Source: a virus
Lineage: Duplodnaviria > Caudoviricetes
IMG/VR virus record: IMGVR_UViG_3300012983_000031
Coordinates: 96,001 to 160,000 of that record
DNA: 64,000 nucleotides
Reading direction: 5' to 3' (one strand)
A model generated the notes under the pieces. The model did no database searches, was not told the DNA's origin, and saw nothing but the letters and a program-made list of their open reading frames with translations. The position numbers and the translations under genes were made by a program. Shown one piece after another: positions 50,529 through 58,875 of this stretch (positions are counted from its first letter, which is position 1; each line of letters begins with the position of its first letter).

Positions 50529-50911
50529 AAAGGAAGCCGTACAGCAAAAATCCTTTATCAAAAATATTCAGGTGAATTTTTGGCTTCTGTTTCTTTGAAA
50601 TAAATATAAAGTCTGTTTCCAGCAGTAAGGGCGAAGTCGATTAACCATCGAACCTGTCCGTGAAGGTGGATACCGTCCAGTTGTGTTGCATCTGTGGTAG
50701 GTGCATGAGGTGACTGGCTGTCAAACAATTGAAAAATAACTTAGACGTAAGACAACACGGATGTTGGGTTCAGATTTTTATAACTATTTCTATATCAGTA
50801 AGAACACTGAGTGAAAAATAAAGTTGAAATAAATACAAGGATAGACGAAAACAATTAGTGATATTTTAACAATATTTTCTTAAAACACTTAAAACAAAAA
50901 TTAAAGAGAAA

Positions 50912-51085
50912 ATGAAAAAGATTCTTTTTTTGGCAGCTGCCATGGTAGGCATGACTTTCGCTGCATGTAACAATGGTACAGCTACAGAAACAGTTGAAAA
51001 CGACAGCATCAGTGCAGACAGCGTTGAGGTTGTAGACACAACAGCCGTTGATAGCATCGTTGCAGATTCTGTTGTCGCTGAGTAA
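50912..51085 (+). CDS. Small lipoprotein (57 aa), below the ORF-track cutoff
   Basis: MKKILFLAAAMVGMTFAA-C lipobox; acidic tail with repeated D-S/T-x. Confidence 0.8.
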   Translation: MKKILFLAAAMVGMTFAACNNGTATETVENDSISADSVEVVDTTAVDSIVADSVVAE

Positions 51086-51298
51086 TTTAATCAATGTAAA
51101 TGAAAAAGATCATGAATCGTTCCATTCTTACATTATCAAGACATGCTCTTATTTCCTGTGAGAATCAGGAACGATTGTACGAGCAGACTGACTCTGTTTT
51201 GGATTAATTTCCAAGACAGAATATCTAATATTTCAAAGACGGTCTCTTGATACAAAAGTCAAAAGACCGTCTTTCTTTTAAAACTAACACATTTATGG

Positions 51299-51736
51299 AT
51301 GAAGAAAATTATCACGTTTCTCGTAGCAGCGTTCATCGCTGTAGCTCTTAATGCACAGGAAGAAGATTTCCTGCACAAGAAATGGCACTATGTTGTGGAT
51401 GCTATCGCCACAGTTGAAAGCGGAAAAAACCCTAAAGTAGTTTCAAAGAATGGTCTTTATGTCGGCTACCTTCAGATAGCAAAGATTATGGTAGACGAAT
51501 GTAACAGAATTAACGGTTATAAGAAATACACCTATGCAGACCGTTATAATAAAGAGAAAAGTATAAACATGTTCATTGATTTCCAGGAGCACTACAATCC
51601 TGATTGCAATGTTGAGAAAGCAATCCGCCTATGGAATTCTGGTGATATAAAGTGCATGGAAAGGAAAGCAAGAACAGAAGGTTATTTTCAACGTGTGATG
51701 AAACATTACGTTGTACAGGAAGAAAAAATTATGTAA
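51299..51736 (+). CDS. Secreted lytic transglycosylase (SLT/lysozyme-like)
   Basis: Signal peptide; AIATVES catalytic Glu; GYLQI; AIRLWNSG. Confidence 0.75.
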   Translation: MKKIITFLVAAFIAVALNAQEEDFLHKKWHYVVDAIATVESGKNPKVVSKNGLYVGYLQIAKIMVDECNRINGYKKYTYADRYNKEKSINMFIDFQEHYNPDCNVEKAIRLWNSGDIKCMERKARTEGYFQRVMKHYVVQEEKIM

Positions 51737-51771
51737 AACTTAAAAAAATGTTCAATTTGTTTTTCTGTTTT

Positions 51772-51817
51772 GAAAAAAAGTTGTAACTTTGCAACAGATT
51801 TAGAAATCGTTCTTTGA
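51772..51817 (+). promoter_or_regulatory. tRNA-operon promoter (TAACTTTG 51784-51791) plus boxA-like CGTTCTTTGA (51808-51817)
   Basis: Mirrors 44611-44662. Confidence 0.75.
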
Positions 51818-51968
51818 AATATAACTGGCAAAGCAGTTGATTTTGATCAATAAATTAAAGAACAAGGTTCGAAACCAAGATGACCTCAAGATAATATCGG
51901 TTGAAGGCGTTAGTTTAGTTGGAATAAAACGATAATTTATCAATCAATAAAATTGCTTGCCGTTTTTT

Positions 51969-52692
51969 GGACCTGTAGCTCAGTCGGTTAGAGCAACAGA
52001 CTCATAGTAATTGTGTGCTATGGCGAGAAATCCCATAGTAGAATCTTCCTAAAACGGTGGAAGACCTTTAGATGAATGTGATGGACCCCAAGTGGCGAAA
52101 GTGAAACGATTGACGTATGCAGTAAAATTCCTATATGGTTTGCATAATTGGAGGTGGAAACCCTCCCTTGAGAAGCATTCATCGAACAAACAAAACACTA
52201 ATCAATAATGTGTAAGGTTAATACCGTGCTAAATTGAGAATGCGTGAGAATAAAGAATCGGTCTATGAGAATAAACCATCTGCATAGAATCCCCTTTCTT
52301 ACGTTTTTAAATGAATAAATAATCGATGATGGCTCTTTTGTTTATTCCGTTCTCATAAATGTGTAGAGAGTATATAGGAGATATGAGGGAAATACATTGA
52401 ATACCCTCACATTCCATTCAGATGTATCTGATAAGAATGCCTAAGTTGAAATTAGAATATACAATGATAAAAGTAGTTCAAACGCAGAATTAAGAATGGT
52501 GTCCCATTTGGTCAGAGCAGATTGGCCTTCTGTAAGAATAATTGTATTGACACTTGCAAGAATTTCAATATGGTAATAATGTATTCCAGACTACAACAAC
52601 TTAATGAGTCGCCAAGCGTCTGAAAAAGTTGGCTATGGTAACATAGAGCAGCAGGAATCTGGAGGTCGTAGGTTCAAGCCCTACCTGGTCCA
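51969..52692 (+). tRNA. tRNA(CAT), Ile2 or elongator Met, split by a group I intron (exons 51969-52005 and 52656-52692)
   Basis: Joined exons give ACAGA-CTCATAA-TCTGG arm, T-arm GTAGG-TTCAAGC-CCTAC, acceptor GGACCTG/CTGGTCC. Confidence 0.88.
52006..52655 (+). mobile_element. Group I self-splicing intron (650 nt, no ORF)
   Basis: 5' exon ends in U with a P1 U:G pair; terminal G; P4 ACGGTG/TACCGT, P3 TCTTCCT/AGGAGA, P7 GAGAGTA/TATTCC. Confidence 0.85.
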
Positions 52693-52701
52693 CATATCTT
52701 C

Positions 52702-52775
52702 GCTCCAGTAGCTCAGTTGGTTAGAGCAACGGACTGTTAATCCGTGTGTCGGTGGTTCGAGCCCACCCTGGAGCG
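52702..52775 (+). tRNA. tRNA-Asn(GTT)
   Basis: ACGGA-CTGTTAA-TCCGT. Confidence 0.95.
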
Positions 52776-53078
52776 CAAAATAAGAAAAATAAGTAATTGT
52801 ACCACAGACCGCTGAAAGCAGTAAGGATTCCAAATTAGATAAATCAAATAGGTAGCCGTACTACCGAATTTACGCTTGTGGACTATCCAACTATGGATGA
52901 ACGTGGTTTACCACCTAAAAAGTAGTGATAGGTTGAAGCAAGAAATAAAATGTATGAGATTCATAGATTTTCATAGAATTTTATATACGGTAATATCATA
53001 TGTAAAGACTTACAGGCGTACAGCTATTAAGAGGAAATAAACGTTAAAGCGAGGTTGTTCCTTTATTTTTCTTATTAT

Positions 53079-53162
53079 GGCTTCATGGTGGAATGGTAGA
53101 CACGAGGGACTTAAAATCCCTTGGGCATTGCGCCCGTGCGGGTTCGAGTCCCGCTGAAGCTA
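53079..53162 (+). tRNA. tRNA-Leu(TAA)
   Basis: AGGGA-CTTAAAA-TCCCT, long variable arm. Confidence 0.94.
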
Positions 53163-53167
53163 CAACC

Positions 53168-53249
53168 GTTCCTGTGGCGGAATTGGTAGACGCGTCAGAC
53201 TTAGGATCTGATGTCTCATGACGTGCAGGTTCGAGTCCTGTCAGGAACA
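53168..53249 (+). tRNA. tRNA-Leu(TAG)
   Basis: TCAGA-CTTAGGA-TCTGA. Confidence 0.94.
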
Positions 53250-53254
53250 CAAAT

Positions 53255-53326
53255 TGCCCTGTAGTATAATTGGTAGTACAACAGATTTTGGTTCTGTCGG
53301 AACAGGTTCGAATCCTGTCAGGGTAA
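53255..53326 (+). tRNA. tRNA-Gln(TTG)
   Basis: ACAGA-TTTTGGT-TCTGT. Confidence 0.92.
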
Positions 53327-53350
53327 CAAGTAACAAACTTAAGCATAAAT

Positions 53351-53524
53351 ATGTTAAGACGTGATGAATTGATAGAACTTTCTGGACAGGTCATTAATGG
53401 CATGATGTCTGCTGACAATAACATATGGGTACAGTTGCTTGACAGAACTGTACACATTCAGGCAGCAAAGACAGCTGTAGCGATTGCAAATGACATGCTT
53501 AAGGAAATTGATAAGCTTGAATAA
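53351..53524 (+). CDS. Small hypothetical protein (57 aa) within the tRNA cluster
   Basis: MLRRDELIELSGQVINGMMSAD...AVAIANDMLKEIDKLE. Confidence 0.65.
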   Translation: MLRRDELIELSGQVINGMMSADNNIWVQLLDRTVHIQAAKTAVAIANDMLKEIDKLE

Positions 53525-53525
53525 T

Positions 53526-53600
53526 CTCTGGTTGGCTGAGTGGTCAAAGGCGACGGTCTGCAAAACCGTAAAACCAGCGGTTCGAATCCGCTACCAGAGT
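53526..53600 (+). tRNA. tRNA-Cys(GCA)
   Basis: ACGGT-CTGCAAA-ACCGT. Confidence 0.92.
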
Positions 53601-54179
53601 CTAATTATAGTTGACAAAATCAATGAGTAGTATTTCTCTGTTTGTTCCTTTGCTTATATTTTGTTTATTATTGAAGTAAGCGTAGATTCTTGGGAACCAA
53701 TCGTCAATTAATCTCGGTGCCATAACCGAAGAATACTTTCCTTCTTCCGATGGTTTGTGTTTGAATGAATAATCATTTTCATAATTATACAAATTATTGC
53801 CGCACCAAAACTTGATGTCTGGCAATTCTTTTTCTATTGCACTGCAAAAATTACGGAATCGTTCGACATTATTTGCAGTGTATTCTTTTTTTGTCCTTGC
53901 TTCGTGCAACACTCTGACGTAGCAGTCTTTCTTGTTGTTGATGTATTGAAGATCCTTTGCCATTTGTTTAGGTGTGTAGTCATACACATATTTTCCATGA
54001 GCGAACAATGTTTTACCGTCTTTGTCATATTTGACACGAAGATCGAAGCATCTTACTCCATATTTTTCATATTGTGTCTGGATGTCATAATCCTGACATT
54101 GAGCCATAAAGTGAAACAGATTCATCCACCATTTTTTACCTTTCAAATATGACCATGAATTGTGTGATCCGAGTATCAT
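53601..54179 (-). CDS. PI-PLC-like phosphodiesterase (truncated TIM-barrel type)
   Basis: GSHNS, AQCQ...IQTQ...GVRCFDLRV...HG X-domain motifs. Confidence 0.75.
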   Translation of the reverse strand: MILGSHNSWSYLKGKKWWMNLFHFMAQCQDYDIQTQYEKYGVRCFDLRVKYDKDGKTLFAHGKYVYDYTPKQMAKDLQYINNKKDCYVRVLHEARTKKEYTANNVERFRNFCSAIEKELPDIKFWCGNNLYNYENDYSFKHKPSEEGKYSSVMAPRLIDDWFPRIYAYFNNKQNISKGTNREILLIDFVNYN

Positions 54180-54420
54180 ATGTATATATTTTTTCTTTTA
54201 TTATATTTATATTAATAAATGATTATGAAAATATTAATAAAAATAATGTACAAAATGTATCTTAATATTTTTCATATTATCGTATTTTGTGTCACATATG
54301 TAGAAAATTAGATACAAAATTGTAACTTTTTCAAAACATTTCAGGAATTTGGAAACATAACAAGATAAATAAGGAAACGATGATCAGCGGGTAGAATATT
54401 AAACCAAAACGATAATCATT

Positions 54421-55230
54421 ATGAAAAAATTCTTTATCAGCGTGTTATGCTTCTTGTCATTCGGATTATATAATTCCGCAATGGCACAAAATTCTACGGT
54501 TGATCAGAAAATTCCAGATTTCAACAATAGTGGTAAGTACATCGGAAGTAAGAAGAACGGAAAGATGCATGGAAAGGGAACGTTCGAGTGGACAAATGGA
54601 GACAGATTTGAAGGAAATTTCCAGGACGGAAAGATTAACGGATATGGTCGTTATTCATGGGTAGATGGTGATGTGTATCAAGGAGACTTTAAGAATGGGG
54701 TTCAAGATGGATTTGGTTCAGCATTCTATGCTTCTCGTTGCAACACTTACGAAGGTGAGTGGAAGAATGGAAAGAGAAACGGTCATGGTAAGTTGACATG
54801 GGCGAACGGTGATGTTTACGAAGGTGAATGGATCGATGACGTTCGAGTTGGGGATGGTGTGTTCACGTCTGTAAATGGTGACAAGTATGTTGGTCATTAT
54901 GAAAATAATCAACGTAATGGTTACGGTACATATTATTATAATAATGGTGACGTTTATGTCGGTCAATGGATAAATGGAGAGAAAGAGGGTCTTGGCAAGT
55001 ACACTTATGCGAACGGCAACGTTTACGAAGGTCAGTTCTGCAATTCATACATAGAGGGTCAAGGAACTTTCATTTGGTCTTCAGGTGCAACTTACACAGG
55101 TCAGTTCAAAGAGGATATGCGAAATGGTGTAGGTACATACACTACTGCTGGAGGGAAAGTTATTTCTGGTAGCTGGAAAGACAATCGTTTTGCAGGTGAC
55201 AAGGGAAATATTGATGTGGCGATGAGATGA
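54421..55230 (+). CDS. Secreted MORN-repeat protein
   Basis: Signal peptide plus about 9 YxGxWxxGxxxGxG repeats. Confidence 0.9.
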   Translation: MKKFFISVLCFLSFGLYNSAMAQNSTVDQKIPDFNNSGKYIGSKKNGKMHGKGTFEWTNGDRFEGNFQDGKINGYGRYSWVDGDVYQGDFKNGVQDGFGSAFYASRCNTYEGEWKNGKRNGHGKLTWANGDVYEGEWIDDVRVGDGVFTSVNGDKYVGHYENNQRNGYGTYYYNNGDVYVGQWINGEKEGLGKYTYANGNVYEGQFCNSYIEGQGTFIWSSGATYTGQFKEDMRNGVGTYTTAGGKVISGSWKDNRFAGDKGNIDVAMR

Positions 55231-55284
55231 ATAATATAATTATTCAGATAAATAGCTGTAAAGATTAATTCAAAAGATAAAAAG

Positions 55285-56568
55285 ATGAAAAAATTATTTT
55301 ACTTGCTGTTTGTTTTTTGCTTTGTTGTGTCTTGCCAGGACTATGATTATTACACTGACGAGTACAAGAGCAACGGTATTGAATACGAGAATGTTTTCAG
55401 AAGTTATGTTGGCGGCGATGTCGCTCCCGATCAGACATGGGGATTTGGTTCAAAAGATGTTGGTACGAGAAGCACATATCCTAATTCAAACATGTGGGAA
55501 GATGAAGGATATGTAGTTCCTGATCCCATCACAGATGCTGAGGTTGAAAAGGTAAAGGCTGTGTTCGCAGAGAAGATGCCAGAAGGTTATGTGTGTGAAA
55601 GCCTTGTTGACTGGGATAGTTTCTTTGTTCAGCATGTTTACAAGGGTGATTCCATATATAAGAACGGATACAACCAGGATGTTGTTGGTTCTGATCATAT
55701 GGATTGGCTGTGTTCATATTCTGACAAGGAACGCCAGATTATATCATATTATCCATATGAGGATAGGCTTGTTAATGTGGAAGGATATGACGACCACATC
55801 TACAATTTCAACGCGGCGTTCGGCTCCATACAGTTGATGTATGATACAACAACAAAGAGATTCGGTTTCCACAATTCAGAGGACAGTAAGATACATTACA
55901 ATTTCAGGATGGTTGAAATTGATGGCGCGTATTATGTTGGCTTTGATTTTGAGGGAGATTTAATGGTTCCTTGGGGCGAGAACCTTAATTCTGACGTTCC
56001 AAGAGACTATGTGTTCGATGATTGGATTGTAAAAATATGTCCAGGAAAGGGTGACGGCGGAAACAAAAAGAAAGATGAAGACAAATATTGCAGGATAATT
56101 GTAGAAGATCTTGTTGCAACAAATAATCTTGAACACTTAACGGAATCGGATTGGGATTACAATGATGTTGTATTTGATGCATATATTGAAGATGGAGTTG
56201 CTCATATTAGAGTTGTCGCAGCAGGAGGTACTCTTCCTTTATATGTTGCTGAAAGAGAAGTTCATGATTTGTTTGGTCTTTCACAACGTCTTCCTGTTAA
56301 CGTTGGCACTGGATTGGATCTCGATCCTGTTGAATTCACAATAAATGTTCCGTTCACTGACATCAACATGATACCAGTTGTTGTTTACAACAATGGAACA
56401 GGATACGAACTCCTTTCAAAGATGGGGCAGGCTCCAGCAAAGATTTGCGTAGGAACAGATTATCAATGGTGCAAGGAACATCAGCACATAAAGAGCAAGT
56501 ATCCTAAGTTCGTTGAGTGGGCTACACAAAACCCAAAGGATTACGAAGACGGTTATTGGTACAAATAA
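55285..56568 (+). CDS. Bacteroidota-type lipoprotein with DUF4842/LruC-like C-terminal region
   Basis: VVS-C lipobox; IVEDL...DWDYNDVVF...AAGGTLP. Confidence 0.7.
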   Translation: MKKLFYLLFVFCFVVSCQDYDYYTDEYKSNGIEYENVFRSYVGGDVAPDQTWGFGSKDVGTRSTYPNSNMWEDEGYVVPDPITDAEVEKVKAVFAEKMPEGYVCESLVDWDSFFVQHVYKGDSIYKNGYNQDVVGSDHMDWLCSYSDKERQIISYYPYEDRLVNVEGYDDHIYNFNAAFGSIQLMYDTTTKRFGFHNSEDSKIHYNFRMVEIDGAYYVGFDFEGDLMVPWGENLNSDVPRDYVFDDWIVKICPGKGDGGNKKKDEDKYCRIIVEDLVATNNLEHLTESDWDYNDVVFDAYIEDGVAHIRVVAAGGTLPLYVAEREVHDLFGLSQRLPVNVGTGLDLDPVEFTINVPFTDINMIPVVVYNNGTGYELLSKMGQAPAKICVGTDYQWCKEHQHIKSKYPKFVEWATQNPKDYEDGYWYK

Positions 56569-56592
56569 ATGACAACAAATTATATTACTTTT

Positions 56593-56624
56593 GAAGGTTT
56601 TTAGAAATAGAAACCTTCTTTTTT
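56593..56624 (+). terminator. Rho-independent terminator
   Basis: GAAGGTTTTTA/TAGAAACCTTC plus T-tract. Confidence 0.65.
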
Positions 56625-56685
56625 ACATTTTTAACATAATTTTTTTTGTTATTTAAAATAAAAGTTGTAACTTTGCAACATCAAT

Positions 56686-56758
56686 GCAGCAATAGCTCAT
56701 CTGGCAGAGCGTCAGGCTTCCATCCTGAAGGTGGTGAGTTCGATCCTCACTTGCTGCT
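56686..56758 (+). tRNA. tRNA-Gly(TCC)
   Basis: TCAGG-CTTCCAT-CCTGA; directly after a host-type promoter (56668-56675). Confidence 0.9.
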
Positions 56759-56954
56759 CAAACAACATTAGGCTCATCATAGTTTGGCTTTAGGATAAGC
56801 GCGGTTGAGGATTTGATCACCTTGGCGACGTTGTGCTGACACCGATGGCGAATTAAGATAAGAATTGTAACACTACGAGACGGCTCTGTGAGTGTCTGAC
56901 ATGATAGGTTACGCCTGCAGGAATTCTGATTTTGATTATATGTGAGTCTAATTC

Positions 56955-57028
56955 GCTCTCTTAGCTCAGTTGAATAGAGCAACAGATTTCTAATCTGTGG
57001 GTCGAGGGTTTGAATCCCTCAGAGAGTA
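56955..57028 (+). tRNA. tRNA-Arg(TCT)
   Basis: ACAGA-TTTCTAA-TCTGT. Confidence 0.9.
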
Positions 57029-57049
57029 CTATTTTAAAATCAAAACATT

Positions 57050-57403
57050 ATGAAAAGAATAGATTTATCAGGAATTAAAAAAGGAGATTCGGTGTATGTT
57101 GTATCACCAGATACAAGAAATAAGCCGTATGAGGCAACTGTTAAAACGGTTGGAAGAAAATACATCACCATTGATAATGGGTGGAATTCTAAATATGATA
57201 AGGAAACTGGGTTTAATATCGAGTGGAGCGCGTGGAGAATATATCCATCAAAAAGAGAATATGAAGTTGAACAGGAACGGTATGAAATGCTGAAATACAT
57301 CAGTCGTAACATTGACAGGGCTGATCTTTCATGCGCTGAAATTAGAACAATATATAACATCATTAAATCATCAATTGAACGTGATGGCAAAAAACCTTTG
57401 TAA
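57050..57403 (+). CDS. Hypothetical phage protein
   Basis: VKTVGRKYIT motif. Confidence 0.7.
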   Translation: MKRIDLSGIKKGDSVYVVSPDTRNKPYEATVKTVGRKYITIDNGWNSKYDKETGFNIEWSAWRIYPSKREYEVEQERYEMLKYISRNIDRADLSCAEIRTIYNIIKSSIERDGKKPL

Positions 57404-57794
57404 GGAAATACGAAATAATATATTCGAGTTTCCAATTGATATATATCATCGCAAACTATGGATTGCCGTTGGAGCAGACGTAAACGATTTGAATAAGTTA
57501 TTTCCAGAGGGTGATACAATTGGTGATCCATTTAGAGAAGTTAATGGATATGTTGCTGTTACGGATAGAGTTCGTAAAGTTAGACCAGAAATGTTGGGAG
57601 GGATACTTATTAGGTTCTGTGATGCTACGGAGATTACGTTTGAGAATGTTACACATGAATCTTCACATGCCGCCTTGTTCATATTTTCTTTTATAGGGGC
57701 AACCGTCGATGCTGAACATCAGGAAACGTTTGCTTATCTTGCTGGATATATTTCAAAATGTATAGGAATTGTTAAAGAAAAACTTTACTCCTAA
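57384..57794 (+). CDS. HExxH-motif protein (putative metallopeptidase-like)
   Basis: THESSH...QETFAY. Confidence 0.6.
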   Translation: MAKNLCKEIRNNIFEFPIDIYHRKLWIAVGADVNDLNKLFPEGDTIGDPFREVNGYVAVTDRVRKVRPEMLGGILIRFCDATEITFENVTHESSHAALFIFSFIGATVDAEHQETFAYLAGYISKCIGIVKEKLYS

Positions 57795-58096
57795 TGACTA
57801 CAATTATAGAAATATTATTAATAGTTATTACATTAATTCTTTTGGATCTCAAGGGAATTGTATATTGGTTCTGCTCATTTGATAAGGAGTTTGGAACCGT
57901 CATCTGTAATTTTGGGCAAGGTGGTAAATATATTATCGAGGTAAGAAAATGGATATTTTCTTATGATATTGCAGCAACATCTACCAATCCGTATATAATG
58001 GAAGGAACAAGAGTTTGGCTTAAAGGAAATAGGAAAGATGGATATAATATAAATATGTATATAACAGATGAGGACAATGATGAAAACAATGGTTGA
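57794..58096 (+). CDS. Hypothetical protein with N-terminal TM helix
   Basis: ORF track. Confidence 0.6.
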   Translation: MTTIIEILLIVITLILLDLKGIVYWFCSFDKEFGTVICNFGQGGKYIIEVRKWIFSYDIAATSTNPYIMEGTRVWLKGNRKDGYNINMYITDEDNDENNG

Positions 58097-58379
58097 TGAA
58101 ATAGTAAGCTTTGATGAGGCAAAGAAACTCGCAGAGGATTATGGATATTCTGAAAATGTCAAGTACTGCTACATCATCGGGGACAAAAATGTCCTTGATG
58201 AATGCGAACGCCCGATGAACGCAAACGCGAAGACATGGACAGGACGTTCATTCACTCATCAGACATATTCGGCTCCTACAAGAAAGGATGCGCTGGCGTT
58301 CATGGTGAGAATAGCTGACAGTTTGAAAGATGATGTTGAATATGTGAACAATAAAGTTACAAACATAGAAATGAAATGA
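58089..58379 (+). CDS. Hypothetical protein
   Basis: Likely start MVDEIVSF. Confidence 0.6.
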   Translation: MVDEIVSFDEAKKLAEDYGYSENVKYCYIIGDKNVLDECERPMNANAKTWTGRSFTHQTYSAPTRKDALAFMVRIADSLKDDVEYVNNKVTNIEMK

Positions 58380-58380
58380 T

Positions 58381-58620
58381 ATGGAAGCAAATCCAAAGAA
58401 GGTTTATCTTCTAATACAATCTTTGATGAACGGTTCCATTGTGATGGAATCATATTATTCAGTTTTCAGCACAGAGGAATTGGCGAAAAAGGCGGAGGCT
58501 GCTGTAAATTCTGCAAACACAGCGAACAGGATAGCTCTTGGCGTTCGTATGATCACTGATGTTAAAGAGATAGATTTGTATTCCAATGAAGATCATGTTC
58601 CGATTTTAAACAAAAAATAA
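58381..58620 (+). CDS. Hypothetical protein
   Basis: ORF track. Confidence 0.6.
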   Translation: MEANPKKVYLLIQSLMNGSIVMESYYSVFSTEELAKKAEAAVNSANTANRIALGVRMITDVKEIDLYSNEDHVPILNKK

Positions 58621-58630
58621 TCTTAATACA

Positions 58631-58834
58631 ATGGCACTTTGCAGAGAACAAATTGAGCACTTTGAACACGAATGGATTGAGAATTCGGATCAGCCGTGGA
58701 GAAAAAAGTCAGATTCAAACAAGTGGCGCAAACGTCAGTACAACAAGTACCTGCGCATAAAGAACAAGGAGATAGATGAAGACGAGACAGGGTTCAAGCG
58801 AGGTAAAAAACATTTTAAAGGTTATCAGTATTAA
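58631..58834 (+). CDS. Small basic hypothetical protein
   Basis: ORF track. Confidence 0.6.
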   Translation: MALCREQIEHFEHEWIENSDQPWRKKSDSNKWRKRQYNKYLRIKNKEIDEDETGFKRGKKHFKGYQY

Positions 58835-58875
58835 GTTACATCCGTAAATTTTATCGGCATAAAAAATAATACATA

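Noticed and set aside
52006-52655. Homing endonuclease inside the intron
   Set aside because: No ORF of 60 aa or more and no LAGLIDADG, GIY-YIG or HNH motif.
52779-53076. RNase P RNA or tmRNA
   Set aside because: Size and terminal stem fit, but the conserved GAGGAAAGTCC / CGGCTTA motifs and tRNA-like ends are absent.
54535-55185. 69-nt periodicity as a possible DNA repeat array
   Set aside because: Fully explained by MORN protein repeats.
44831-57040. HDV-like (theta) or hammerhead ribozymes behind the tRNAs
   Set aside because: No convincing nested double pseudoknot or CTGATGA...GAAA core found by eye; a motif search is still needed to exclude them.
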